A stretch of 64,000 nt of DNA from an uncultured Candidatus Saccharibacteria bacterium (GCA_964460805.1 CAYWPU010000001.1:38624-102623), one strand, 5' to 3'. Numbered from the stretch's first letter, positions 1 to 8,625 are shown. Notes: generated by a model not told the origin, from the letters alone. Numbers and translations: made by a program.

Positions 1-470
1 AATCAGATCAGCACCAGCGACATATTCCAGACACTTATCCAGATCCCAGCTTACCGGCGGATCGGTAGCTACCGAGCGCACATTAGCAATCTGGTCAGCG
101 AGCTTGACCCGCTTCACGCTTGCGTCTTTCCCCTTCACCCTTTCGGCCTGCAGAGACTTACGTTCCACCAACGGCAGACCTTTGAACTCCGGCGGATCAG
201 TGAGACCATCAACGATCTCGGCTACCCTAGCGCCAAATAGCGTCTTGATCTGGCTTAGAGTTACCGAGGTGTCCTCAACCGTGTCGTGTAGCCAGGCCGC
301 GGCAACCTCCTCCACCGAGCCACCAGAGAATGAAACCAGCCCGGCAACCTCCTTGGGGTGGATAATAAAAGGTGAAGCAGCCTTATTCTTCCGGAACTGT
401 CCCTCATGAGCATGATGAGCAAACTTAGAAGCCTTGGCCACTAGTCCATCCAGCGATACATCAGACATAA
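1..470 (-). CDS. RelA/SpoT-family HD-domain (p)ppGpp hydrolase, partial (continues past window start)
   Basis: Minus-strand translation from ATG at 468-470 gives MSDVSLDGLVAKASKFAHHAHEGQFRKNKAASPFIIHPKEVAG...AAWLHDTVEDT...KRVKLADQIANVRS. HDxxED and KLADRLHN-like motifs are typical of the SpoT/Rel HD domain. The listed + ORF 104..409 is on the opposite strand of this. Confidence 0.7.
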
Positions 471-704
471 ATCTCTCCTCAAAGCAAAAGGTTTCTCTTG
501 TTTTCAAAATTTAACGTCCAACACTAGCCCAAAACTAGCTTATATATCTGAGGATGTCAACTACTCTAACATTGTCGTTTTCTAAAAGTATCTTATGTGA
601 ATTTGGTGCGGCGATTACCGCGTCGGTGTTATCTGTTGTCATTGGGGGGATGTTAGAACCGCGTTTGAGCAATTAAATACTACCAGGATTCGTGTTTTTG
701 TCTT

Positions 705-1436
705 TTAAACAAATCTCTTAAACCATTTTACGGTTTCTCGATAAAGCTCCTCCTGCTTTCCTTCTTCAGTGAAATTGTGAGAGGCATCAGAGATTACGAC
801 CATCTCCTTTTCTTGAGAAATGGCTTTAAATATCTTTTTTGCCCCAGTCAAATTACCTTCTTTGGGTATAGTAATGAGCTTAATTGGTTTTTTGAATTCT
901 TCGGCTAACTTAACTGTGTTAATCTTATTTTCTTCTTTAACCATTCCCTCTCCCATAATTGTTACATATCCCTCATCTAAGAGTCTGCCTTGTATAGGTT
1001 TAGAAATTTTCTTTAACTTTGAAAAGCTGGTTCTTGGTAAAACCGAGCCATCCCAAGACGCAAGAGCCTTGATGATATCTGCTTTTGCATGAAGAATTGA
1101 AGGAAAACCATAGCTATGCCCTACCGCAAAAATTATTATTACACCTTTTGATTTTAGAAATTTGAGCACAGTATTAATATCTGTTCCGTGAGTTTTGAGA
1201 GTGCACTCGTGAAGTTTTCGATTCTGCTTTTTCCACGAGTAAAGGTTGAATCGGAAAGATGAAAAACCTTCCTTTTCAAAATATCGAGCAGCATTATAAT
1301 GCATCGCCTCATTCATATTTCCACAAAGACCGTGAACAATGAGGACCAAAGGTTTTTGAACAGAGCCCATTAAGATACCTTCAATTACTTTTCCATCAGA
1401 AGTTTTTATTTTATATTCTTTTTCCATTGTGGGCAT
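705..1436 (-). CDS. alpha/beta hydrolase fold protein (esterase/lipase-like)
   Basis: HGLCGNMNE oxyanion-type region and GHSYGF nucleophile elbow (GxSxG). 243 aa. Confidence 0.7.
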   Translation of the reverse strand: MPTMEKEYKIKTSDGKVIEGILMGSVQKPLVLIVHGLCGNMNEAMHYNAARYFEKEGFSSFRFNLYSWKKQNRKLHECTLKTHGTDINTVLKFLKSKGVIIIFAVGHSYGFPSILHAKADIIKALASWDGSVLPRTSFSKLKKISKPIQGRLLDEGYVTIMGEGMVKEENKINTVKLAEEFKKPIKLITIPKEGNLTGAKKIFKAISQEKEMVVISDASHNFTEEGKQEELYRETVKWFKRFV

Positions 1437-1498
1437 ATTCCAGTTAGAACCAATTATACGACCTAACCATCAATTATTTTTACTAAAATTTATTTTTG

Positions 1499-1571
1499 GG
1501 TGCCTACTGGGAATCGAACCCAGATTGAGAGATCCACAATCTCTAGTGTTAACCGTTACACCATAGGCACC
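1499..1571 (-). tRNA. tRNA-His (GTG)
   Basis: Hand-folded cloverleaf: G-1 plus GTGCCTA acceptor, anticodon loop TTGTGGA, TTCGATT T-loop, C73 discriminator. CCA not encoded. Confidence 0.85.
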
Positions 1572-1619
1572 ATGCGTGCTGACTTCTGTATATCCTGTCT
1601 ATCGGTTTATCTGTACAGT

Positions 1620-2162
1620 TTATTTATAAGAAGGCGGCTGCTCCTTTATACCAGACTTATGGTTGGCTAGTCTAGCAAGAGCATAGAGGAGAGAGGAGAG
1701 CCGGTTCAAGTAAGCCAGCGTGGTAGGCGCGATCTTGGCTTGACCCTCCTCGCTCACCGCCACCACGCGCCGCTCGGCGCGGCGGGCCAGCGTGCGGGCA
1801 TAGTCCAGAGTGGCGGCGAGCGATGTGCCACCGGAGATGAAGAAAGTCTTAATCGGCGGCAGTTCTTGCTCTATGCTGTCTATAATTTGCTCTAGCTCTG
1901 TCACTTTTCCTGGCTGAAGAACCTTATCAGAACCAGCCACTTGCGCTTGAATGATAAACAGCTTCTCCTGCACGCTCAGTAAAATCTTTGCTAAATCTGG
2001 AATAATCTTAGAGCTATTTTCCAGACACTTAGCTACGCCCAAAAACGAATTGATTTCATCTAAGCTGCCCAACGCCTCGGCAATAGCCGAGCTCTTGGAG
2101 ACGCGCTGGTCACAGCCGAAAGTCTTAGTCGTGCCGGTGTCACCCTTGCGCGTGTATAGCAT
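1620..2162 (-). CDS. PduO-type ATP:cob(I)alamin adenosyltransferase
   Basis: MLYTRKGDTGTTKTFGCDQRVSKSSAIAEALGSLDEINSFLG is the characteristic N-terminus of the MMAB/PduO family. Start set at the internal Met because a tRNA begins at 2164. Confidence 0.8.
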   Translation of the reverse strand: MLYTRKGDTGTTKTFGCDQRVSKSSAIAEALGSLDEINSFLGVAKCLENSSKIIPDLAKILLSVQEKLFIIQAQVAGSDKVLQPGKVTELEQIIDSIEQELPPIKTFFISGGTSLAATLDYARTLARRAERRVVAVSEEGQAKIAPTTLAYLNRLSSLLYALARLANHKSGIKEQPPSYK

Positions 2163-2163
2163 G

Positions 2164-2235
2164 TGCTCTCGGCAGGAATCGAACCTGCATCGTGGGTTCC
2201 GCAAACCCATATTCTATCCATTGAACTACGAGAGC
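2164..2235 (-). tRNA. tRNA-Arg (anticodon read as GCG)
   Basis: Acceptor GCTCTCG/CGAGAGC, D-arm GTTC-AATGGATA-GAAT, anticodon stem TGGGT/ACCCA with loop TTGCGGA, T-arm GCAGG-TTCGATT-CCTGC, A73. The GCG anticodon is unusual and rests on my hand fold. Confidence 0.6.
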
Positions 2236-2295
2236 TCGCCAGAGGCGAGTAAACCTCCTCACCACCTTAGCAAAAATAGCGCTAAAACACTAGAA

Positions 2296-2763
2296 CTAGA
2301 AGCCGAAGTAGTCACTGAGCAAGTCGCCCAAGCTCTCCTCTTGCCTCAGCTCCGGCAAGTGCTGTTTGAGATACTCGCGTAAGTGCTCGGCGTTGATCTG
2401 TGGGGCCAGCGGCATCACAATGTGCGGCAACACAGCCCGCTCGCTCTCCACAATCAGCTTGCGCCCCCGCTCGCTCTCCAGCACCCAGAAGGATTTGAGA
2501 TAATCGTAAGGATAGAGGCGATTATGGAAGCGCACACCGCGGTGCGTAACCGCGAACTTGATCAGCTCTGGCTGGCGGCCGCCATAGAGCATGATGGTAA
2601 AGCTCGCGATCAAGATTAAGATCACAACGAGAAAATTAGCGGTGAAGAGTGCGAGCAAGGCGAGCACTCCGGCTACAATAAACACCGCCCAGTACCAATT
2701 TGGCGTCTTGGGATGGAACTCGTACTCCGGCGCTTGCCACTCAATAACTTGCAGTGGAGACAT
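2296..2763 (-). CDS. hypothetical membrane protein (two predicted TM helices near N-terminus)
   Basis: Long ORF with hydrophobic stretch WYWAVFIVAGVLALLALFTANFLVVILILIASFTIM. No recognisable catalytic motif. Confidence 0.45.
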   Translation of the reverse strand: MSPLQVIEWQAPEYEFHPKTPNWYWAVFIVAGVLALLALFTANFLVVILILIASFTIMLYGGRQPELIKFAVTHRGVRFHNRLYPYDYLKSFWVLESERGRKLIVESERAVLPHIVMPLAPQINAEHLREYLKQHLPELRQEESLGDLLSDYFGF

Positions 2764-3045
2764 GTTGTGATAATTATAACAAGAAAAGAAAAAGCCCGCT
2801 TCCCTACCACTGCATAACGAGATGCAATAGCTGAGAAGCGGGCCGAGACGGGAGTGTGCGAGCCGGACTAGAATGCGCCAACCGCCGGCTTGCTACTGGT
2901 ATAGAGCCACAGGAGCCCAACCACCAGCATTACCGAGAACATGCTGTACACAACCACTCGCCTGTCCATATATTTCCTCCCTGAAAACAATGAACTAACC
3001 TCCCCCAACCCCCATTATAGCAAATGGGTAGAGTTTGTCAAGAGG

Positions 3046-3132
3046 CGGATGGGGTGAGATTCGAACTCACGATACCCTTTCGGATATGACGGTTTTCAAG
3101 ACCGTTGCCTTAAACCACTCAGCCACCCATCC
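3046..3132 (-). tRNA. tRNA-Ser (TGA)
   Basis: GGATGGGTGGCTGAGTGGTTTAAGGC start, anticodon stem ACGGT/ACCGT with loop CTTGAAA, long variable arm, GTGAG-TTCGAAT-CTCAC T-arm, G73. Confidence 0.85.
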
Positions 3133-3141
3133 TATTTCTAT

Positions 3142-3396
3142 TTATTCTGTTGACCCAGACTGATCTGGGTTGGCTCCCGTTGCGCCACCTTGGATCCTAG
3201 CGACTAGGAAGAGATAAATCAACGGCAAGATCGCCAGCGAGTTAGCCACCAGGATCGCGATGAACCAAGTCTTCTGCCCGCGCTTGGCGGCGTGCCAGAG
3301 GCCAAAGCCTTTCGCGACCAGGTCAACGAGGATCAGCGGCCCCAGCCACTAGAACTCAAATAATTGCTGGACTGTCTTGGTTGTGAACATTGTCAT
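3142..3396 (-). pseudogene. DUF5652-like small membrane protein ORF interrupted by an in-frame TAG
   Basis: Minus-strand reading gives MTMFTTKTVQQLFEF-TAG-WLGPLILVDLVAKGFGLWHAAKRGQKTWFIAILVANSLAILPLIYLFLVARIQGG... The second part matches the PLxxLxxxLKGxALWxAAKxxxKxWFIxLLVxNxLGILPIIYL pattern I recall for the DUF5652 family. There is no ATG/GTG/TTG start after the TAG (positions 3349-3351). Confidence 0.4.
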
Positions 3397-3425
3397 ATCT
3401 ATCTATGCTAGCATAAACATTAAAT

Positions 3426-3797
3426 ATGCGTTACCTCGGCATTGATTACGGCGCGCGGCGGATCGGCCTGGCTCTCTCGGACGAGTCGGGCAAAATTGCT
3501 TTCCCAGAAGCTGTATTAAGTAATGACAAATACACACTGGGTAAAATAAAAAAGCTGTGTGAAGAGAAAAAAGTGGGGAAAATAATCTTGGGCGAATCGC
3601 TGAACTATAAGCGCGAGGCTAATCTGATCATGGGCGAAATAAAAACTTTTAGAGAAAAACTGGGCGCAGAAATTGGATTAGAAATTATCTTGGAGCCAGA
3701 ATGGCTCACTTCTGCACTCGCCGCGCGCTCGGGCGCAGATAATCTGGACTCAGCGGCCGCTGCATTAATTCTCCAAACTTATTTGGATAGGTTATAA
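3426..3797 (+). CDS. yqgF: putative pre-16S rRNA nuclease / Holliday junction resolvase-like protein YqgF (RuvX)
   Basis: MRYLGIDYGARRIGLALSDESGKIAFP N-terminus is the classic YqgF/RuvX signature. Confidence 0.8.
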   Translation: MRYLGIDYGARRIGLALSDESGKIAFPEAVLSNDKYTLGKIKKLCEEKKVGKIILGESLNYKREANLIMGEIKTFREKLGAEIGLEIILEPEWLTSALAARSGADNLDSAAAALILQTYLDRL

Positions 3798-3806
3798 TAA
3801 ATAGCG

Positions 3807-4877
3807 ATGAGAACATCGCTCTTCAGTCGCCTCTTCCCGCCGCCACATTATCTCGCCATGCCCGCCACTGGCTTAGATCTCTCGGACCGCTCGCTCAAGT
3901 TTGTCACCTTCCGGCACAATCACGGACAGCGACGCTTGCACCAGTTTGGCCAAGTGGAGATCCCCTTAGACGTGGTGCAGTCCGGGCAGATCAAAGACAA
4001 ACCAGCGCTGGTGAAGATCCTGCAGGACTTGAAGGCAAAGTGGCAACTGGAGCACGTGATCATGGCCTTGCCGGAAGAGCATGCTTACATTGTGCGCATG
4101 CCACTTCCACTTGTCCCGCCCAGCGAGCAGCGCGAGAGTATAGAGCTACAGCTGGAAGAACATGTGCCGCTCAAGGCAAGCGAGGCGATCTTTGACTACG
4201 AGCCGGTGGCGGGCAAGAAGAACGCGGCGATTGTTTCTGTCTTCCCCGCCAACCTGGTGCAAGATTATGAAGAAGTTTTACTGGAAGCGGGACTATTGCC
4301 GCTGGCGGGCGAGATTGAAGCGCAAGCAATCGCCCACGCCGTGGTGCCAGCCACCGAGCGGGAAACAGTGCTGGTGGTAGACTTTGGTAAAACCAGAACC
4401 GGTTTCTTTATCGTCCGCGAGCGACAGGTCCTCTTCACCTCCACCACTCGCCAGCTTGGCGGCGACCTCATCACGCTCGCAATCAGTAAAAATTTAAATC
4501 TGCCAACCGAGCAAGCCGAGACACTCAAGCTCAAGCAAGGACTCTTGAGCGGGAACGAACAAGAGCTCTTGGCCGTTGCCCTGGTGCCGGCTCTCTCAGC
4601 ACTCTGTGATGAGATCAAGAAGATAGATAATTACTGGAACAGACATCTTGAAGCGGCTGGCGCTGGCGAGGGCCGGATTGCCCGAGTGATCCTCTGCGGT
4701 GGCGAGGCCACATTGCCTGGCTTAGTTGAGTACCTCAGCAACCGCTTGTCGCTCCCAGTCGCGTTGGCCCAAGTGTGGACCAACGCGCTAGATAGTGAGG
4801 CAAACGTGCCAGAGTTGCCGCACAGGCAATCGCTCCGTTATGCCACCGCCATCGGGCTGGCCCTGCGCTCGCATTAA
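3807..4877 (+). CDS. pilM: type IV pilus assembly protein PilM (actin-like ATPase fold)
   Basis: 356 aa. VVDFGKTRTGFFIV and ILCGGEATLPGLVEYL segments are typical of the PilM/FtsA-like fold. It is followed by PilN and PilO-like genes. Confidence 0.75.
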   Translation: MRTSLFSRLFPPPHYLAMPATGLDLSDRSLKFVTFRHNHGQRRLHQFGQVEIPLDVVQSGQIKDKPALVKILQDLKAKWQLEHVIMALPEEHAYIVRMPLPLVPPSEQRESIELQLEEHVPLKASEAIFDYEPVAGKKNAAIVSVFPANLVQDYEEVLLEAGLLPLAGEIEAQAIAHAVVPATERETVLVVDFGKTRTGFFIVRERQVLFTSTTRQLGGDLITLAISKNLNLPTEQAETLKLKQGLLSGNEQELLAVALVPALSALCDEIKKIDNYWNRHLEAAGAGEGRIARVILCGGEATLPGLVEYLSNRLSLPVALAQVWTNALDSEANVPELPHRQSLRYATAIGLALRSH

Positions 4878-4901
4878 GCTCGCCACATCATCACCAGCAC
4901 C

Positions 4902-5441
4902 ATGATCAATTTATTATCCCCCACACAGAAAGCACTCATCCAGCAGGAGTACCGCGCCCGGCGGCGGATCACCGCTGGCGGTCTCTGCCTAGGGATCCTG
5001 GTGATGTCGCTGGTGCTGGGTGGCCTGCTATCTTCCCACATACAGATCAAACAAGATGAGGCTACTGCTGCCTTGCTCCAGTTGGATAATAAAGACTTAG
5101 AGAACACCAGCCAGACACTCCAGACGGCGGCCAGTGCTGTGGCCATAGCCCGCGCCGGAGCGGACCGCGAATCGCTCTCGGAGCTCTTTACTCTCGTTGC
5201 CGAGGTCACGCCAGAGGCAATACAGATCACCGAGCGGCAGTGGCAAGCACCAAACGGCGAGACGCCAGCCAGTCTCAGCCTAAGTGGAGAAGCGGCAGAT
5301 CGCCAGAGCTTGCTTAATTTTATCGCTCAGTTGGAGAGTCTGGAACGCGCGGCTCAAGTGGAGTCTCCCATTGCCAACCTGATCCAGAGTCGGGACAGCA
5401 AATTTAATATTGAGATCACCCTCAAGCCTTATGAGCAATAA
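4902..5441 (+). CDS. pilN: PilN-like type IV pilus biogenesis protein (single N-terminal TM)
   Basis: Position directly after pilM. N-terminal RRRITAGGLCLGILVMSLVLGGLL TM then a periplasmic domain. Assignment rests on context and architecture. Confidence 0.5.
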   Translation: MINLLSPTQKALIQQEYRARRRITAGGLCLGILVMSLVLGGLLSSHIQIKQDEATAALLQLDNKDLENTSQTLQTAASAVAIARAGADRESLSELFTLVAEVTPEAIQITERQWQAPNGETPASLSLSGEAADRQSLLNFIAQLESLERAAQVESPIANLIQSRDSKFNIEITLKPYEQ

Positions 5442-5934
5442 ACATCACCAGAGATCACGGCTCGCCTGGATCATGCTGGCTCTCAACTGTGCCGCCGCGC
5501 TCTTGCTGGCTGGTCTAATTTGGTACTTGCAGGCAGAAGGTCGCGAACTGAGAGATCTCTACACCAATCTGCGCAACGCCCGCGCTAGCACCAGCGAGCA
5601 ACAACAAGCAGAGGCACTGCTAGAGGAAACTGTCAGCCAGCGCGCCCTACTTGCCCAGTCTATTGTGACAGAAGCCAGCCTGCCAGTATTTATTGAAACA
5701 CTAGAACAAGTCGCCAGCGCGAGCGGTGTGGCGCTAGAGCTCACCCAAGCTACTCCCGGGAGCGAGAGTAATCCAAATATTGTCCTCGCTTTCACCATTG
5801 AGGGCAGTCAGGGTGCAATGAGATACTTTACCCAGCTCCTAGACGCACTGCCGCACCAGATGCAGATCAGGCACGCGCGCTTTGGCATCGAGAACGCGGA
5901 TTATTATATAGAACTACTTGGCCATGGAATTTAA
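5410..5934 (+). CDS. pilO: PilO-like type IV pilus biogenesis protein
   Basis: Third gene of the pilM-N-O arrangement. N-terminal TM LAWIMLALNCAAALLLAGLIWYL followed by a coiled-coil. Confidence 0.45.
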   Translation: MRSPSSLMSNKHHQRSRLAWIMLALNCAAALLLAGLIWYLQAEGRELRDLYTNLRNARASTSEQQQAEALLEETVSQRALLAQSIVTEASLPVFIETLEQVASASGVALELTQATPGSESNPNIVLAFTIEGSQGAMRYFTQLLDALPHQMQIRHARFGIENADYYIELLGHGI

Positions 5935-6229
5935 ACTCGCAAAAATTAACTGGCGCTTTTGGCAAAACAATCAGAGGGAACTGGTCTCGCCGGAGCGCGA
6001 CTGGCGCTTGATGTGCGCACTTGCCGCGCTGGCGATTATTGCTATCTTTGTTCTCTACTTTTGGGCCGGACGGGTGGTAGATAATATGGAAGATAATCTA
6101 AATCTAGAGGCTCAGGACACTGGTAATCCTGTAAAATTATTTACGCGCGAGGAAATTGCTAAGCATGCTGAAGGCCTGCAACTCAAACAAGCAAAGTTTG
6201 AGCGGCTAATAGGCGGCGAGAGCAACTAG
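5918..6229 (+). CDS. hypothetical small membrane protein, last gene of pilMNO cluster
   Basis: 103 aa, one TM (LMCALAALAIIAIFVLYFWAG). It overlaps the pilO end, suggesting translational coupling. Confidence 0.4.
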   Translation: MAMEFKLAKINWRFWQNNQRELVSPERDWRLMCALAALAIIAIFVLYFWAGRVVDNMEDNLNLEAQDTGNPVKLFTREEIAKHAEGLQLKQAKFERLIGGESN

Positions 6230-6232
6230 TTG

Positions 6233-6304
6233 TCCTCCCGGAGGGAATCGAACCCCCATAGCCGGCTTAGAAGTCCGGAGTTCTATCCATTGAACTACGG
6301 GAGG
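6233..6304 (-). tRNA. tRNA-Arg (TCT)
   Basis: Acceptor CCTCCCG/CGGGAGG, D-arm GTTC-AATGGATA-GAAC, anticodon loop CTTCTAA, T-arm GGGGG-TTCGATT-CCCTC, A73. Confidence 0.8.
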
Positions 6305-6306
6305 AG

Positions 6307-6380
6307 GGTGGGCGGTAAGGGATTTGAACCCCTGACCTTCGCTGTGTAAAAGCGCTGCTCTACCACTGAGCTAACCGCCC
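6307..6380 (-). tRNA. tRNA-Val (TAC)
   Basis: GGGCGGTTAGCTCAGTGGTAGAGC start, anticodon loop TTTACAC, T-arm AGGGG-TTCAAAT-CCCTT, acceptor ACCGCCC, A73. Confidence 0.8.
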
Positions 6381-6485
6381 AAATTTATTTAACTATTCCA
6401 GAATAAGCGAGAAAGGAGAAATTTACAAACTTACCAGCCTATAGCAAGCGGGAGACGGGTCTCATTCACCAATCTCATAGACAAG

Positions 6486-7925
6486 TTAGATTTTCTGCAA
6501 ACCACCAATGAAGCGACAAGAGTTTCTGCTTTCTGCGTCTTGGACCTTGTTACACAACGAGTAATCGTTTGTCGCCCCAGCAAGAATCTGATAACAATTA
6601 TCCCTTGTATCAGAGTGGGCAACCAGAGCACAAAGGCCAACGTTGTATGGCTCTTCGGTAGCTATAAATGAGTAACATGTATCGCGGGTATCGTCGCCAA
6701 TAATCTTGGCACACAGAAGGGGATCCTTCTTGGCTTCCCCCACTGCGCTATAACAGGAGTCCACCGACAAGACATCAGCGGGGTCAATCTTCTGACATAT
6801 GGTGGCATCTCTACTAGCCTCGGCTACATCCTTGTAGCAACCCGCGGTCAGCTTGGTAAGCCGACCATTAACCCGATACTCCACAATTGAGTGGCAGTGG
6901 GATAGATCCCCGCTAGCCACTGCGGCGCTGGTATAACAGAAGTTAGCTCTTGGAGTAGCGATCTGTTCGCAAATTTCTACATCTCCTGTTCGTTGGACAA
7001 TAAAACCCAAACAACTATCTAGTTTGTTCTGGTCAAAACTGTAAATCTGGCACATGGATGGATCTCTCAAAGCTGCCGCTGTAGCCAAGTAACAACGTTC
7101 GCGCATATTGGATGCCGATAACTGATTACACACTTGAGAATTTTTGGCCGAAAAAGCAACTCTGTCTACACAAATATATCCCTTGGTATCTCCAAAGCCT
7201 TGGCAGAGAGAGATATCAGTGCTGGAAATAGCAACCCGGGAGAAACACTCCGCCTTAACGTCGTTATAATCTGCAACCTGCTCACAGAACTGACTAGACG
7301 GTATCTCTGGCAAAAATCCCAGTAAACATTCCTGCGTCTGACGAACATCAAGGTTATACTCTTTTTTCGTACAGTCAGCGACAGACATAGGAGAAACCGA
7401 GCGAACAGATTTAACATGAAATAGAGACGAGACGTTGAGAAACACCACAACCAAGAGCAACACGAAAACGATGATCCGACTCTTGAAGTAACTAGGAACT
7501 TCTGTAGGCGAAGTCAAGGTGGTGGATGAAAAAGGGACTGAGCTATGGAATAGTCCAATCGTTTTCTTTCTTAAACCTAACCAAATAACTTCCAAAAAGG
7601 CAACGGAAAGAAAACCAATACCGTAGGTGGGCACAGTATTTCTGGAAAGTAAGCTGGAGACCCCGGACAGGAACATGAGTAAAAAAATTAAGGAGATGAT
7701 TCGAGCCCAATTCTTAAAGAACCAGAGTCCGATATTAACGATTACTCCCAGAACAACCATCAAGATCATTCCTCCCATAAACAACAAAATATCTTTTCCC
7801 GCTTGAGCAGCACCAGGACTCATAAAGAAGATTGGCGACAATAGTAGTGGTAACACAAAATAAGTCGCCATAATAACCAGATTCACCGATACAAAGAGCC
7901 TGGTAATTAACCTGTCGAGATTCAT
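6486..7925 (-). CDS. polytopic membrane protein with C-terminal cysteine-rich tandem-repeat domain
   Basis: About 5 N-terminal TM helices. The C-terminal ~280 aa consists of about 12 degenerate ~24-aa units, each with two Cys (e.g. DTRDTCYSFIATEEPYNVGLCALVAHS / DTRDNCYQILAGATNDYSLCNKVQDAES). Confidence 0.6.
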   Translation of the reverse strand: MNLDRLITRLFVSVNLVIMATYFVLPLLLSPIFFMSPGAAQAGKDILLFMGGMILMVVLGVIVNIGLWFFKNWARIISLIFLLMFLSGVSSLLSRNTVPTYGIGFLSVAFLEVIWLGLRKKTIGLFHSSVPFSSTTLTSPTEVPSYFKSRIIVFVLLLVVVFLNVSSLFHVKSVRSVSPMSVADCTKKEYNLDVRQTQECLLGFLPEIPSSQFCEQVADYNDVKAECFSRVAISSTDISLCQGFGDTKGYICVDRVAFSAKNSQVCNQLSASNMRERCYLATAAALRDPSMCQIYSFDQNKLDSCLGFIVQRTGDVEICEQIATPRANFCYTSAAVASGDLSHCHSIVEYRVNGRLTKLTAGCYKDVAEASRDATICQKIDPADVLSVDSCYSAVGEAKKDPLLCAKIIGDDTRDTCYSFIATEEPYNVGLCALVAHSDTRDNCYQILAGATNDYSLCNKVQDAESRNSCRFIGGLQKI

Positions 7926-7962
7926 TGGTAAAGTATAACATAATAAACTAATATGATGACTG

Positions 7963-8625
7963 ATGAGATTTAATATGCTCTACGAGGACGGCGATGTGCT
8001 GGCACTAGATAAACCCAGTGGCGTGATAGTCACTGATTTATTAGCCGAGGTGCTGGAGAAATATCCCAGCGCCCTGCTCGCCCACCGCCTAGATAGAGAC
8101 ACTACCGGCGTGCTAGTCATCGCCAAGCATGAACGCGCTCACAAGTATCTCAAGCGGCAGTTCCAAGAGCGGAAGGTGAAAAAGTTGTACCAGGCGATCT
8201 TGGTGGGTACGCTCTTGCCAGAGGGCGGCCGGCCCACCGGGACGATCAACGTGCCGATTGGCCGACACCCCAGCGATGCGCGGCGGCGCGCCACGGGTAA
8301 AAAAGCAGAAGAGCCCAGGCGCGAGGCGGTAACGCATTACCGGATCATTAAGAATTACCCAAACTTCACGCATGTGGAAGCGCGGCCAGAAACAGGCCGC
8401 ACCCACCAGCTCCGTGTCCACTTCAAGCAACTCGGCTACCCCATTGCCCACGACACACTCTACGCGCCTTTCACCACCCGGCCGCCAGTGATCAAGCGCC
8501 AGGCTCTGCACGCCCACAAGCTGGCGCTCAAGCTGCCGAGTGGCGTGGAACAAGAATTCACCGCGCCAATCCCGGCTGACTTCCAGCAAGCGCTTGGTGC
8601 CCTTGATACTTTAGCCAGCTCGTGA
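7963..8625 (+). CDS. RluA-family pseudouridine synthase
   Basis: LALDKPSGV and HRLDRDTTGVLVIAKH catalytic Asp motif. No N-terminal S4 domain, so probably starts at internal MLYEDGD. Confidence 0.8.
   Translation: MRFNMLYEDGDVLALDKPSGVIVTDLLAEVLEKYPSALLAHRLDRDTTGVLVIAKHERAHKYLKRQFQERKVKKLYQAILVGTLLPEGGRPTGTINVPIGRHPSDARRRATGKKAEEPRREAVTHYRIIKNYPNFTHVEARPETGRTHQLRVHFKQLGYPIAHDTLYAPFTTRPPVIKRQALHAHKLALKLPSGVEQEFTAPIPADFQQALGALDTLASS

Noticed and set aside
104-409. Listed + strand ORF (101 aa)
   Set aside because: Lies antisense to a clearly recognisable RelA/SpoT-type HD-domain reading frame on the minus strand (HDTVEDT motif). Low-complexity translation; treated as spurious.
2830-2968. 33-aa minus-strand mini-ORF MDRRVVVYSMFSVMLVVGLLWLYTSSKPAVGAF
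   Set aside because: Plausible single-TM micro-protein, but there is no promoter, RBS or conservation evidence available by eye. Too uncertain to call.
3349-3351. Hypothesis that TAG is a sense codon (stop-codon reassignment) in this organism
   Set aside because: TAG terminates several well-conserved genes here at positions matching normal C-termini (rplS, pilB, ruvC, yidC, polA). Global TAG recoding is therefore not supported. The DUF5652 case is better explained as a pseudogene, sequencing error or local readthrough.
4162-4618. Two short ORFs (72 and 117 aa) inside pilM on either strand
   Set aside because: Embedded in a long conserved pilM frame. Arg/Ser-rich low-complexity translations typical of out-of-frame artefacts.
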